Under the pieces are notes generated by a model that was not told the origin of the DNA, made no database searches, and saw nothing but the letters and a program-made list of their open reading frames with translations. Source: a virus (lineage: Duplodnaviria; Caudoviricetes). From it: a stretch of DNA of 42,079 nucleotides. The position numbers were made by a program, and so were the translations under genes. The stretch covers positions 1 through 42,079 of the IMG/VR virus record IMGVR_UViG_3300025518_000034; one strand, 5' to 3'. Of the stretch, positions 18,931 to 27,056 are shown one piece after another (position 1 is the first letter of the stretch; every line of letters starts with the position of its first letter).

Positions 18931-19713
18931 TCAGCGTGGACGGCTGAGGATGGCTTGGGCGGCCCGGTTGAACTCCACCGGGAAGGTCTCGACGGTGAAG
19001 CGCTCGGCCACGCCAACGAAATCAAGCCGCTGGCGATAGACCGGCTGGGTCCTGGTGAAGATCAGGACAGGCTTGATGGCACGACCCTCGCGCCGGTACA
19101 CACCGGGCTGCAGCCGGCTCTTGACTTGCTTGAACTCGCCGCCCACGAACTGGCCCACGAATGGCGCGACGGCAAAATACGGGGCCCGGCGCGCATTGCG
19201 CCGGCTGCGGGCGCTGTTCGTCTTGCGCTGGGCGGGGTCAAAGGCCGAACGGGTTGCAGTCAGGATCCGCTGCATCTCACCCCGGCGCAGGTTGCCGAAC
19301 TGGTCCAGAGGGGCGCCCTGCCCTGGCATCGCACGCCACCCGCTGGGCAGCAGTCCGGCGTAACGCATCGCGCGTTCGAAGCGCTTTTCGTTGCGGCCAC
19401 CGCCACCGACGTTCGGCAGCAGGTAGTCCTCGGGCTTGGTGCCGTTGTTCGGGGCATCGTCCTTGACCCAGACGCTGGCGGTCAGCGTGTTGCGGTTGGC
19501 ACCCCTGGCACGCAGGCTGTTGAGGGTGTACCGGTTCGGACGGTCGAACACCCGGATCATCTCGTTGGGCAGCTCGGTCTTGGCCAGCGCCTGGGCCGTC
19601 CTGGTCAACGCAGTCGCCGCCGCATAGGGCATCACGCGCGCAGGCACATCCTTGAAGCTCGCAACCATGTCGGCGATCCGTCCCGTGCGGGCGGTGATCT
19701 GCATATCGAGCAT
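18931..19713 (-). CDS. Basic virion morphogenesis (neck/tail completion-like) protein; start may be 19704
   Basis: YAAATALTRTA...VFDRP motif, Arg-rich; first gene of the structural operon. Confidence 0.65.
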   Translation of the reverse strand: MLDMQITARTGRIADMVASFKDVPARVMPYAAATALTRTAQALAKTELPNEMIRVFDRPNRYTLNSLRARGANRNTLTASVWVKDDAPNNGTKPEDYLLPNVGGGGRNEKRFERAMRYAGLLPSGWRAMPGQGAPLDQFGNLRRGEMQRILTATRSAFDPAQRKTNSARSRRNARRAPYFAVAPFVGQFVGGEFKQVKSRLQPGVYRREGRAIKPVLIFTRTQPVYRQRLDFVGVAERFTVETFPVEFNRAAQAILSRPR

Positions 19714-19744
19714 CAGGGGTGGTGTGCTGCAGTAAGGCCATGAA

Positions 19745-19778
19745 GAAGGCCCCAGAACCTTGCGGAACTGGGGCCTTC
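19745..19778 (-). terminator. Strong hairpin ahead of the late operon (possible tR'-like terminator)
   Basis: Perfect 11-bp stem GAAGGCCCCAG/CTGGGGCCTTC with a GCAA loop on the minus strand; the U-tract is weak. Confidence 0.55.
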
Positions 19779-19876
19779 GGGGCGGGCTGATGCCCTACGC
19801 GGCGCTGCAGCGAGTTATGCGTTACATGGCGGTGTTTCGGTTGACGGACTTTTTAGACGTATCCAAATTGATGCGA

Positions 19877-19939
19877 ATTTTCGGCCAAAGTGTCACCTGC
19901 TGTCACCGCCTTTTTTGTCACATCCAGAGGTGACACTTT
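19877..19939 (-). promoter_or_regulatory. Putative late promoter with TGTCAC boxes
   Basis: 12-bp inverted repeat AAAGTGTCACCT (19887-19898) / AGGTGACACTTT (19928-19939); more TGTCAC at 19901 and 19916; GTGACA-N18-GAAAAT on the minus strand. Confidence 0.55.
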
Positions 19940-19943
19940 CAGG

Positions 19944-20444
19944 TCACTCGGTCACCCACCCTTCGCGCTTGGCGTGGATCTTCGTCCAGGAGTCGTTGAG
20001 CTTTCCATTGTGAATCTCGCAGGAAGCCCGCCTGACCACGTATCCGCCGAACCCGTTGGTGGCGTGAATGTCTATGCTCAGCACTCGCTGGGCCTTGCTG
20101 ACGTTCGTATGGTAGGCACCTTGCGGGTCGCGCAACAAGGGCCGGTACCAAGCCAGACACATGTCAGCCTCGGCATCAAGCGGTGATCGAGCAGGTAGTG
20201 CCGACGGAGCAGGTGCGACTGGCTGTGGCGCCTCGGGAGCCGCTGACCCGGGTTCTGCCGCCTTTGGCGCTGCAGCTGGTGCACCGCCAAAGCTGGACGA
20301 AGGTCGAACATTCACGGTCGTTCCCTTTCCAGGACAAGCCGCGTCCTGGTAGAAGACCCGCCCATCAGGACCGGTGCACTTGTTCACCGCCCAGACTTGG
20401 CCACACACCGACAAAGCCAAAACGCCTACCCAGACTCGCATCAT
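19944..20444 (-). CDS. Secreted DUF4124-like protein (moron-like)
   Basis: Signal peptide, then VNKCTGPDGRVFYQDAAC, a Pro/Ala linker and a C-terminal domain; AT-rich upstream region with GGAGG SD. Confidence 0.8.
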   Translation of the reverse strand: MMRVWVGVLALSVCGQVWAVNKCTGPDGRVFYQDAACPGKGTTVNVRPSSSFGGAPAAAPKAAEPGSAAPEAPQPVAPAPSALPARSPLDAEADMCLAWYRPLLRDPQGAYHTNVSKAQRVLSIDIHATNGFGGYVVRRASCEIHNGKLNDSWTKIHAKREGWVTE

Positions 20445-20508
20445 GATGCCCTCCCTTCAAAATTCATTTTGTGATGGTACATCGTCGTGCGTAACTGAGA
20501 TTGCCGGT

Positions 20509-20545
20509 GTTATGCGACGGGTTCGTCGCCTAATTTGTGTTGTGC
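20509..20545 (+). other. attI-like recombination site
   Basis: GTTATGC...GGG..GTCGCCTAATTTGT-GTTGTGC resembles the attI1 layout, and its core pairs with the R'' of the next attC. Confidence 0.45.
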
Positions 20546-20546
20546 G

Positions 20547-20834
20547 TCAAAAAGGTATGCCGTCACAGTCTGGTTTGCACTTCCCGCGCGCGCCGCAGGC
20601 CGGGCATTTGTGCGGCAACCAGCGGACAAAGATGTGCCACCAGGCGCGATGCAGCGAGTCAATCGCCCGGTTGTGGCGCGTGTCGCCCACCATGTCTGAA
20701 TAGGGCACGTATTCGCTGCAGTGCATGCAGGTTGCCTCATCTGGCGGCGCTGAGTCCTGCGGGTGCTGTTCGTGACCGAACCACCAGCACCGAAGACGCA
20801 CAACTCTACGATCCATCGAACTCGCTTTGCTCAT
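20547..20834 (-). CDS. Cys/His-rich hypothetical protein (95 aa, MSKASS...), cassette 1 gene
   Basis: ATGA overlap with the upstream gene; CWWFGH, CMHC and CPAC motifs. Confidence 0.7.
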   Translation of the reverse strand: MSKASSMDRRVVRLRCWWFGHEQHPQDSAPPDEATCMHCSEYVPYSDMVGDTRHNRAIDSLHRAWWHIFVRWLPHKCPACGARGKCKPDCDGIPF

Positions 20835-20855
20835 CGCTGATCTCCGGTGTTCGGC
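20798..20855 (+). other. attC-like site (58 bp)
   Basis: R'' GCACAAC, 5 nt, L'' GATCCATC, loop, L' GCTGATC, 6 nt, R' GTTCGGC. Confidence 0.7.
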
Positions 20856-21400
20856 AATCCGGCTTCTGCCATCGCCTGCGCCAGTCCGACCCTGCGCCAC
20901 CTGACCGCGCATTCCGCCCACATCAACCGATCCGCTTGGGTAGGCGGGTAAACCTTGCTGTAGAAGGTGTATCCACCCATGCACTGGTGGCCGTGCCAGC
21001 CACCTGCGTGCGGCTCTCCGTGCAGTGCCAGGGCGGTCGATCCGTCCCCATAGCGCACAAGATCACCAGGCTTCGGGGAGAACGGGGCCTCGGGGTCTTG
21101 TGGGGCGAACATGGCTTCCCACTCGGCCATCTGGCGTTGCTTTTCGACCCCGCGCGTCCTGATTGCATGTTCATCCAGGCCGAGTGCATTGATCGTTGTG
21201 TAGCACTGCGCCACCACGTCGGCGATCTCTTTCGCCAGTGCTTCCCGGTTGCTCTCACCCGTTGCCGGGTCAACACCGTCCAGTCCTTGTATCGTGATTC
21301 GGCTGCACACCTTGGACAGCTCGGCGCACTCTTCGCCCGTCTTGCCAACTCGGCGCAATATTGCCGGGTCTGTTTCAGGCACCCATTTCGTCATAGCCAT
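20831..21400 (-). CDS. MazG-like nucleotide pyrophosphohydrolase domain protein, cassette 2 gene
   Basis: KTGEECAEL...LAKEIADV acidic motif, plus an extra C-terminal domain; SD AAAGGA. Confidence 0.75.
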   Translation of the reverse strand: MAMTKWVPETDPAILRRVGKTGEECAELSKVCSRITIQGLDGVDPATGESNREALAKEIADVVAQCYTTINALGLDEHAIRTRGVEKQRQMAEWEAMFAPQDPEAPFSPKPGDLVRYGDGSTALALHGEPHAGGWHGHQCMGGYTFYSKVYPPTQADRLMWAECAVRWRRVGLAQAMAEAGLPNTGDQR

Positions 21401-21422
21401 CTTGGTCCTTTCTGTCGGCGGT

Positions 21423-21475
21423 GCCGAACTCGTTGTTCAAGCGGACCTGTGGGCCGCTGAATGGTGGTGTTCAAT
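21423..21475 (+). other. attC-like site (53 bp)
   Basis: R'' GCCGAAC, 5 nt, L'' GTTCAAGC, GGACCTGTGGGCC, L' GCTGAAT, 6 nt, R' GTTCAAT. Confidence 0.75.
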
Positions 21476-21968
21476 CCTCAGCTTGCGAAGCCCGATGCGG
21501 CAATGCCTCGCCGGCCATTAGGTTGTCGGCCTCGATCTGCTTTGCGGCGATCAGCACCCGCTGGCTGAACGACCGCAGCAGGCGGTAGAAGTGCTGGCGG
21601 CTGATGCCCAGCACATAGGCCGCGTTCTTGATGTTGCTGGCCCGCTCGCCGTAGTAGAGCCAGAACACCTTGGTGTCCAGGGCGTCTTCCGGCTGGCCAC
21701 GGATGGCCAGGTGTAGCGCGGCCATGCTGGTGCTGCACTTGGCGTTCGGCGGTGGCCTGCTTGGCCGGCTGGCCCCTCGCAACTGGCCCAGGATGTTGCC
21801 CATGCTGGCCGGCGGAGCGAAATACCGACGCGTGCGAGACCAGGCTGACCACGCCTCGAACAGCTCCTGCATCTGGTCGTCACCCTCCTGGACATCGATG
21901 ACGTCCTCTTCGGGCTGTTCTCCAGCGGCGGCGGCAAAGCGCTTTGGGCGTTGTGTGGGGTGGTTCAT
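21471..21968 (-). CDS. Q-like late-gene regulator with C-terminal HTH
   Basis: LFEAWSAW N-terminal motif; IKNAAYVLGISRQHFYRLL HTH; ATGA-coupled to terL. Confidence 0.65.
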   Translation of the reverse strand: MNHPTQRPKRFAAAAGEQPEEDVIDVQEGDDQMQELFEAWSAWSRTRRYFAPPASMGNILGQLRGASRPSRPPPNAKCSTSMAALHLAIRGQPEDALDTKVFWLYYGERASNIKNAAYVLGISRQHFYRLLRSFSQRVLIAAKQIEADNLMAGEALPHRASQAED

Positions 21969-24055
21969 CGTTTGATCCCTCGGTTGATGATGCGGCGGCC
22001 CACAGCAGCCGGCTCCAGGAGTTGCTGCATGGGTACGGGTTGGGGGGCAGGTTGAGCTGCAGGCGCGGCAGGTGGATACGTATCCACCTCTGCAGGCGCT
22101 GCGTCAGACAGGATCTCGCCGGTCTCGGGCTCTACCAGCTCGATCGGCTTCGGCGGCGGTGGAGGTGGCGCGAACAGATCCAGGTTGGGTGGCACGAGCT
22201 TGGCGCGCAGATTCCGCCAGTCCAGCTCGCTCCACTTGTGCAGGCCGAGCTTATAGGCCATGGCCAAGTTGTAGACCGAGAGGTCGGTGGCCTCATTGCG
22301 GACGCCGGGCGGGTTGACCCACTTTCGCACGGCTCGGCCGTTGCGGTAGGTGACGACCATGCGCTCGGCCACGAGCTGGTCGAACCAGCTCGGGTCGATG
22401 TCCTTCGGGAAGTGCATGGCTCCAGGGCCGTCGGCCAACTTCATTCGGTCGAGCAGCAGATAGTCCTTGGCCACGTCGGTACCGACTTCCCACAGCTCAA
22501 CGCCGCCGGGGGTCTTGGTGCCCTGCCACTCGATGTCGACCTTCTTGGGCGCGGTGCTGATGATGGGCCGGTTGGGCCGTGTGGCGCCGTGGATGGCAAC
22601 GCAGTGCAGGCCACGACGGGCGCTGGTGTAGTTGTAGACGTCTTGGGTGTTGCTGCCGGCGGTGTCGACAGCGTAGGCGCTGATCATGATGGCGCTGCCG
22701 CTGGCGTGCAGCAGCGGGGTGCGGCGGATCTCGTCGATGCGGTTCCACGGGCTGCCGTGGCTGCCTGGCGGCAGGCTCGGAGCGCCGATGACCTTTTCGT
22801 AGTCGACGACCCAGTGCTCCATACCGGGCCCCCAGGCCTCGATCTGCACCTCCAGGCGATCGCCCTGGGTGTCGACGGCCATGGTGACCACCAGGGCGCG
22901 GTCTGGGATGACGCGCATCGGGTACGGCTCGGCGCGGGCGCTCAGCTGGTCGGCGGTGCTGGTGGCCTCGCTGTTGTCGTAGCTGAGGCCAAGACGCGTG
23001 TTGTAGAACACCTTCATGGCCTCGTGATCGCCGCGCATCTGGCGGTCTTTCGCGCGGGCGTACTGCCTGGCCAGCGACAGCCAGGTGATGGCGCCGATGG
23101 GCATGTAGAACGCCGACAGCGTGACGCTGATGGTCTCGCCGTCGCCCTGGGCGGTGGCCACCCATCGCGCCAGGCCGCCGGCTTCGACGTCCGGCAGCAT
23201 GGTGGTCTTGTGGTGCTCGTCGATCTCGAAACCGCACTCGGGGCACACGAACCAGGCTCGGTCCATGAATCCGGTGTCGGGATCGCGCGCGTAGTGGAAG
23301 TTCTCCAGCACCAGGGCGTGCAGGTGGCCACAGTGTGGGCACGGCACGTGGTATTCCTCCTGGGTTCCCATGCTGTGCAGCTCGTCGATCTTCGACATGC
23401 CCTTGACAGAAGGGCTGGAGGTGTAGAAGAACTTGGCGTCGTTGGCGTACTGGGTGGCGCGGGCCTCGGCCAGCTCAACCGGGTCGCCTTCCTCGTCGAC
23501 GTTCAGCTCCAGGCGGTCGATCTCATCGACGTAGATGTACGGCGCCGAGACCTCGGCCAGGTTGGCCGCCGAGCCAGCCGTGTTCATGTAGAGGGTGGCG
23601 TCGCCCAGGAAGTCCTTGGCCTGCACCGTGTTGCGGCTGTCGCGGCTCTTGGCAGCCGACACGCGCTCACGCAGTACGGGCACGTTGCGGATCATGGTCG
23701 ACACCCGGGCGCTGAACCGCTTGACCAGAGTGTCGGTGGGCTCCAGCGCCAGGATGTTGCGCGGCCGGCGGTGTATCAGGGCGCCGATCCAGTTGAGCGC
23801 GGTCTGCGTCTTGAACATCTGCGAGGCCACGCGGGCCACGACGCGCTTGCACGGGTGGCTGGGCGACAGCACCTGGTGCACTCGGCGTGCCGGGTATGAG
23901 CGGTCGAAGCGGAACTCACCAGGTGCCGGTCCGGACTTCGGCAGGATCATGAACTCCTCTGCCCACTCGTCGACCCGCAGCTCAGGATCCGGTCGCGCGC
24001 CTTCGATCGCGGCCGTGATGCCCAGCGCGTAACCGTCGGCAAAGTTGAACCTCAT
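21965..24055 (-). CDS. terL: Terminase large subunit, lambda gpA family
   Basis: Walker A variant ASQMFKT, Walker B YVDEID, YTSSP, VPCPHCG/CPECG, AVDTQ and RNEATD. Confidence 0.96.
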   Translation of the reverse strand: MRFNFADGYALGITAAIEGARPDPELRVDEWAEEFMILPKSGPAPGEFRFDRSYPARRVHQVLSPSHPCKRVVARVASQMFKTQTALNWIGALIHRRPRNILALEPTDTLVKRFSARVSTMIRNVPVLRERVSAAKSRDSRNTVQAKDFLGDATLYMNTAGSAANLAEVSAPYIYVDEIDRLELNVDEEGDPVELAEARATQYANDAKFFYTSSPSVKGMSKIDELHSMGTQEEYHVPCPHCGHLHALVLENFHYARDPDTGFMDRAWFVCPECGFEIDEHHKTTMLPDVEAGGLARWVATAQGDGETISVTLSAFYMPIGAITWLSLARQYARAKDRQMRGDHEAMKVFYNTRLGLSYDNSEATSTADQLSARAEPYPMRVIPDRALVVTMAVDTQGDRLEVQIEAWGPGMEHWVVDYEKVIGAPSLPPGSHGSPWNRIDEIRRTPLLHASGSAIMISAYAVDTAGSNTQDVYNYTSARRGLHCVAIHGATRPNRPIISTAPKKVDIEWQGTKTPGGVELWEVGTDVAKDYLLLDRMKLADGPGAMHFPKDIDPSWFDQLVAERMVVTYRNGRAVRKWVNPPGVRNEATDLSVYNLAMAYKLGLHKWSELDWRNLRAKLVPPNLDLFAPPPPPPKPIELVEPETGEILSDAAPAEVDTYPPAAPAAQPAPQPVPMQQLLEPAAVGRRIINRGIKR

Positions 24056-24273
24056 CGAGGCACCTCACCATGGAAGTACCGCATGGGCAACGGCTCCAGC
24101 TCGGCCAGGGTGGCGGCGAAGGGCTTACTTGGGAACGGCCACTCGCCGTCGTCGAAAATCAGGGAGACCAGGGGGCTGGCACCACCGCGCATGCACAGGA
24201 CGTCATAGCCCTTGAACACGCCTCCGCGCATCCGGTACCGGTGGCCCTGGGTGGCTCGCTCGACCAGGATCAC
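24052..24273 (-). CDS. Hypothetical protein between terS and terL
   Basis: 73 aa with 4-nt overlaps at both ends. Confidence 0.7.
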   Translation of the reverse strand: MILVERATQGHRYRMRGGVFKGYDVLCMRGGASPLVSLIFDDGEWPFPSKPFAATLAELEPLPMRYFHGEVPR

Positions 24274-24866
24274 AGCTGCTCCTCCTGCGGCTTCGGCAGC
24301 TTTTCGTGCATCTGCTGCTCCCAGTCGGCGAAGGCCCGGCGCTGCTCCTCGTCGATCACGCGCTCGATGTCGCGCGAGTCACTCAGCCCGATGCACCTGG
24401 GCGCCGCGCGCTGAGGCACAGCCATGGCGCGATCGCGCAGCAGTCGGAAGCCATCGAACACTGCCCGCCTCAGCTGCACCACGTCGGCCAGCATCTTCTC
24501 GGCTGTCATGTTCTCCCGGCGCTTTTGCCGCAGGGTCTCCAGCTCGGTCTGGGCCCTGTAGTCCGTGTAGGCGGACTTGCCGGCGGCGTCGCTTCCGCTA
24601 TCGGGCGCCGTGGGCGTTTCCGACGCGTCGGCGCCACCCTCCCCTTCACCAGGCGCCGAACCCGCACCAGGGCGCGCACTGTCGGCCCGCGCGCGGGTGT
24701 TCTTGGCCCACTGAATGTCGGCCACCTCGGGGTCGATGCACTTGCGGCCCTTGTCGTCCAGAATCACCGAGATCCGGCTCTCCGAGATGGCCTTCGCCAC
24801 AGCCGACACCGCACATCTACGGTGCCGCGCGTACTCCCGCAGGCCCATCAGCTGCACCTTAGCCAT
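24270..24866 (-). CDS. terS: Terminase small subunit
   Basis: N-terminal HTH (LREYARHRRCAVSAVAKAI) and C-terminal coiled coil; upstream of terL. Confidence 0.85.
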   Translation of the reverse strand: MAKVQLMGLREYARHRRCAVSAVAKAISESRISVILDDKGRKCIDPEVADIQWAKNTRARADSARPGAGSAPGEGEGGADASETPTAPDSGSDAAGKSAYTDYRAQTELETLRQKRRENMTAEKMLADVVQLRRAVFDGFRLLRDRAMAVPQRAAPRCIGLSDSRDIERVIDEEQRRAFADWEQQMHEKLPKPQEEQL

Positions 24867-24867
24867 G

Positions 24868-25006
24868 GTGAACACCCCCCAGCAGGGCGGCCACGTACAG
24901 TGAACAGCCCGTTTGTTCGCCTACCTGTTCACTTTTCTGCCACCCAGCCACTGGCGTGCGCGCGGGGGCCGAATTACCCCCGTGGCCTTCTGCTGTGGGA
25001 GTACCT
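24868..25006 (-). promoter_or_regulatory. Putative cos packaging site (cosQ/cosN/cosB-like)
   Basis: AGGTACT (25000-25006), 17 nt, dyad CGGGGG-N8-CCCCCG (24963-24982), then GTGAACA repeats at 24868, 24900 and 24926 (inverted). Confidence 0.6.
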
Positions 25007-25148
25007 ACTGGGGGGGGCGGGCCATCGATCGAAAACAGCGGCGCTACCACAGCCGCGTCCATTGGCGCCGACCTCGATCCCATCCTCATGGCCAGCAGAT
25101 CCTCGATCCTCTTCATTGCCTTTTCCTTTTCAATAGAAAGAAGATGGA

Positions 25149-25373
25149 GTTACGCGGTTACGCGCGCGCGTAACCGTGAGACCCGCGCCGCGCCTAGCGA
25201 GTTACGCGGTTTCGCGGTTACACCCACTCGCACGCACACATGCACGCCCGCATGCGCACGCGCCCGCACGCCCGCACACGCACACATGTGAGAGAGTCGC
25301 GTAACCGCGTAACCGCGTAACTCCCCGCGTCGTTGCTGGCTTTTGCAGTTACACCCCCGCGTAACCGCGTAAC
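25149..25373. repeat. Iteron array GTTACGCG, putative replication origin
   Basis: Nine perfect and three variant octamers in both orientations directly downstream of the helicase gene. Confidence 0.8.
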
Positions 25374-25385
25374 CGTTCAGGCGGC

Positions 25386-27056
25386 TCATTCATCACCCCC
25401 TTCGTCTGTCTTTGTCCCAGGGGAGCGGGGCTCCCCCTTCCACAGGTAGGCGCTGAGGGCCTTCTCGAAAGCCTCGACCGTATTGGTGGCCCACTCTCCC
25501 TGGGTGATGCCGTTGGGTATCTCAGGCTCACACACCAGGAACATCCGCTGGGCCTTCTTCGCCCCCTCGCTCTCCAGCTTCATCACCTTCACCCGGCACG
25601 GGTTGTCCGGGTTCAGGTGCTCACTGAACCGGGTCACGGTGGGCGTCCATTGCTCACGCTTGAACGGATACCGCTCCCCAGTCCGGACGCACCACTTGAG
25701 GTAGGCCCGATAGGCCTGCTCCACACTGCAGCTGTTGAATGGCAGGTCGATCTCGCCCTCAGACCACTCAGCCAGGAACTGCTCAGGGCTCTTGCGGTTG
25801 ATCGTGATCAGCGCCCGCTTCGCCTCCGTGTAGGGCGCAGGGGCAAAGGGCTCGAAGTCATCCAGCGGGTACTGCATCAGGTAGTGCATGAATGCGGCCA
25901 CGCCCCCGTTCGCTCGCCATTCACCAAGACGCCGGTAATAGTCCGGCTCACGCGCCCTGGGCGTGTAGACGACCAGATACCGTCGATCCGAGTTGTCCAG
26001 CGCCAGCGGCTGCAGCTCGTTGGACAGGAACACGATGTTGATGTGGTTGGCCTCTTCGCGCCTGGGCAGGTTCTTCGGGTTGATCTGCACCGTGGGCGAT
26101 GTGATCAGGGCCTTGAGGCGGTTCTTGTTGTGTACCAGCTCGGCCCGACTGGACACCTCATCGCCCACCACGAACAGCTTGCACGACCGCCAGTCGTTGA
26201 ACTTGTCTTCGAGCTCATCCTGGCCCACCAGAGCACCGTACTTGCCATAGATCGACACCATGGTGTCGAACAGGAAGTTCTTTCCGGCGCCCTCATCGCC
26301 ATGCATGATGACCGAGGTCCGCAGCTTCGCGCCTGGCTTCTGCAGCGGATACGCCAGCCAGCACAGCAGCCAGTGCATGATCTGGTCGCACTCATCGGCG
26401 TTGTCGCTTGACCGGCTGGTCAGGAACCTGATGAGATCGAGCATGAGGCTGACGTCGCCTTCGACCGGCTCCATGGCCAGACCGTCAAACAGGTTGACGG
26501 TGGTCTCCGGATCTGCCTTCATGGTCGGGTCGAAGACCACATCCTGCTGACGTACCGTTCGCCGACGCTCGCTGCCCTTCCACATCCGCACCATGTCGCT
26601 GCCGTGAGCGTGCCCCATGTTGGCGATCTTCATGATCAGGCGCTCGGATCCATCCCACACGGTGTCGGTGCCATAGATCAGGACGAAGTTTTCGCAGAGG
26701 TGGTTGAACTTGCCCCAGTCGATGGTCTTTTCGGCCTTGCGGGCCTTTTCCGCTGGCTTGCCGGCACCAGATTCGGGCGCCGGAGGCTCTCCCCTATCCC
26801 CCGATGACAGCGCATTCGCTTTTTCTGGGGGAGGGGGGGACCCGGCGTGATCGGGCGCAGATGCGCCCTCCTCGACCGCGCGCCGAAGCGCTGCAGCTTC
26901 TGACAGCTGCACCACGTTGCCCGAAGCGGGAGATTCATCCAGCGGCGCTAACGCGCCGTGGGCTGGTGGCGTCGACGACGATGCCGCACTGGCGGCATCG
27001 GGTGCCTTCGGCACTGGGTCGCCGCTCTCCTCCGGCGACCTGGTTGGTTCATCCAT
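25386..27056 (-). CDS. D5-like/SF3 helicase (DUF5906-like), start MDEPTRS
   Basis: Walker A GDEGAGKN, Walker B VVGDE, motif C FLSNE and DRRY. Confidence 0.9.
   Translation of the reverse strand: MDEPTRSPEESGDPVPKAPDAASAASSSTPPAHGALAPLDESPASGNVVQLSEAAALRRAVEEGASAPDHAGSPPPPEKANALSSGDRGEPPAPESGAGKPAEKARKAEKTIDWGKFNHLCENFVLIYGTDTVWDGSERLIMKIANMGHAHGSDMVRMWKGSERRRTVRQQDVVFDPTMKADPETTVNLFDGLAMEPVEGDVSLMLDLIRFLTSRSSDNADECDQIMHWLLCWLAYPLQKPGAKLRTSVIMHGDEGAGKNFLFDTMVSIYGKYGALVGQDELEDKFNDWRSCKLFVVGDEVSSRAELVHNKNRLKALITSPTVQINPKNLPRREEANHINIVFLSNELQPLALDNSDRRYLVVYTPRAREPDYYRRLGEWRANGGVAAFMHYLMQYPLDDFEPFAPAPYTEAKRALITINRKSPEQFLAEWSEGEIDLPFNSCSVEQAYRAYLKWCVRTGERYPFKREQWTPTVTRFSEHLNPDNPCRVKVMKLESEGAKKAQRMFLVCEPEIPNGITQGEWATNTVEAFEKALSAYLWKGEPRSPGTKTDEGGDE

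Noticed and set aside
19814-20495. A third cassette containing the DUF4124-like gene (GTTATGC at 19814 with GCGTAAC at 20489)
   Set aside because: The match is imperfect, there are no paired L boxes, and the unit would include the putative late promoter.
25149-25373. Repeats as a CRISPR array or integron DR1 sites (GTTACGC)
   Set aside because: The units are 8-mers in both orientations with no spacers and no cas genes; position after the helicase fits iterons.
24859-25389. ORFs 25150-25389 and 24859-25116 through ori and cos
   Set aside because: Their sequence is dictated by the DNA repeats. The second has a fair SD but no recognisable protein features.
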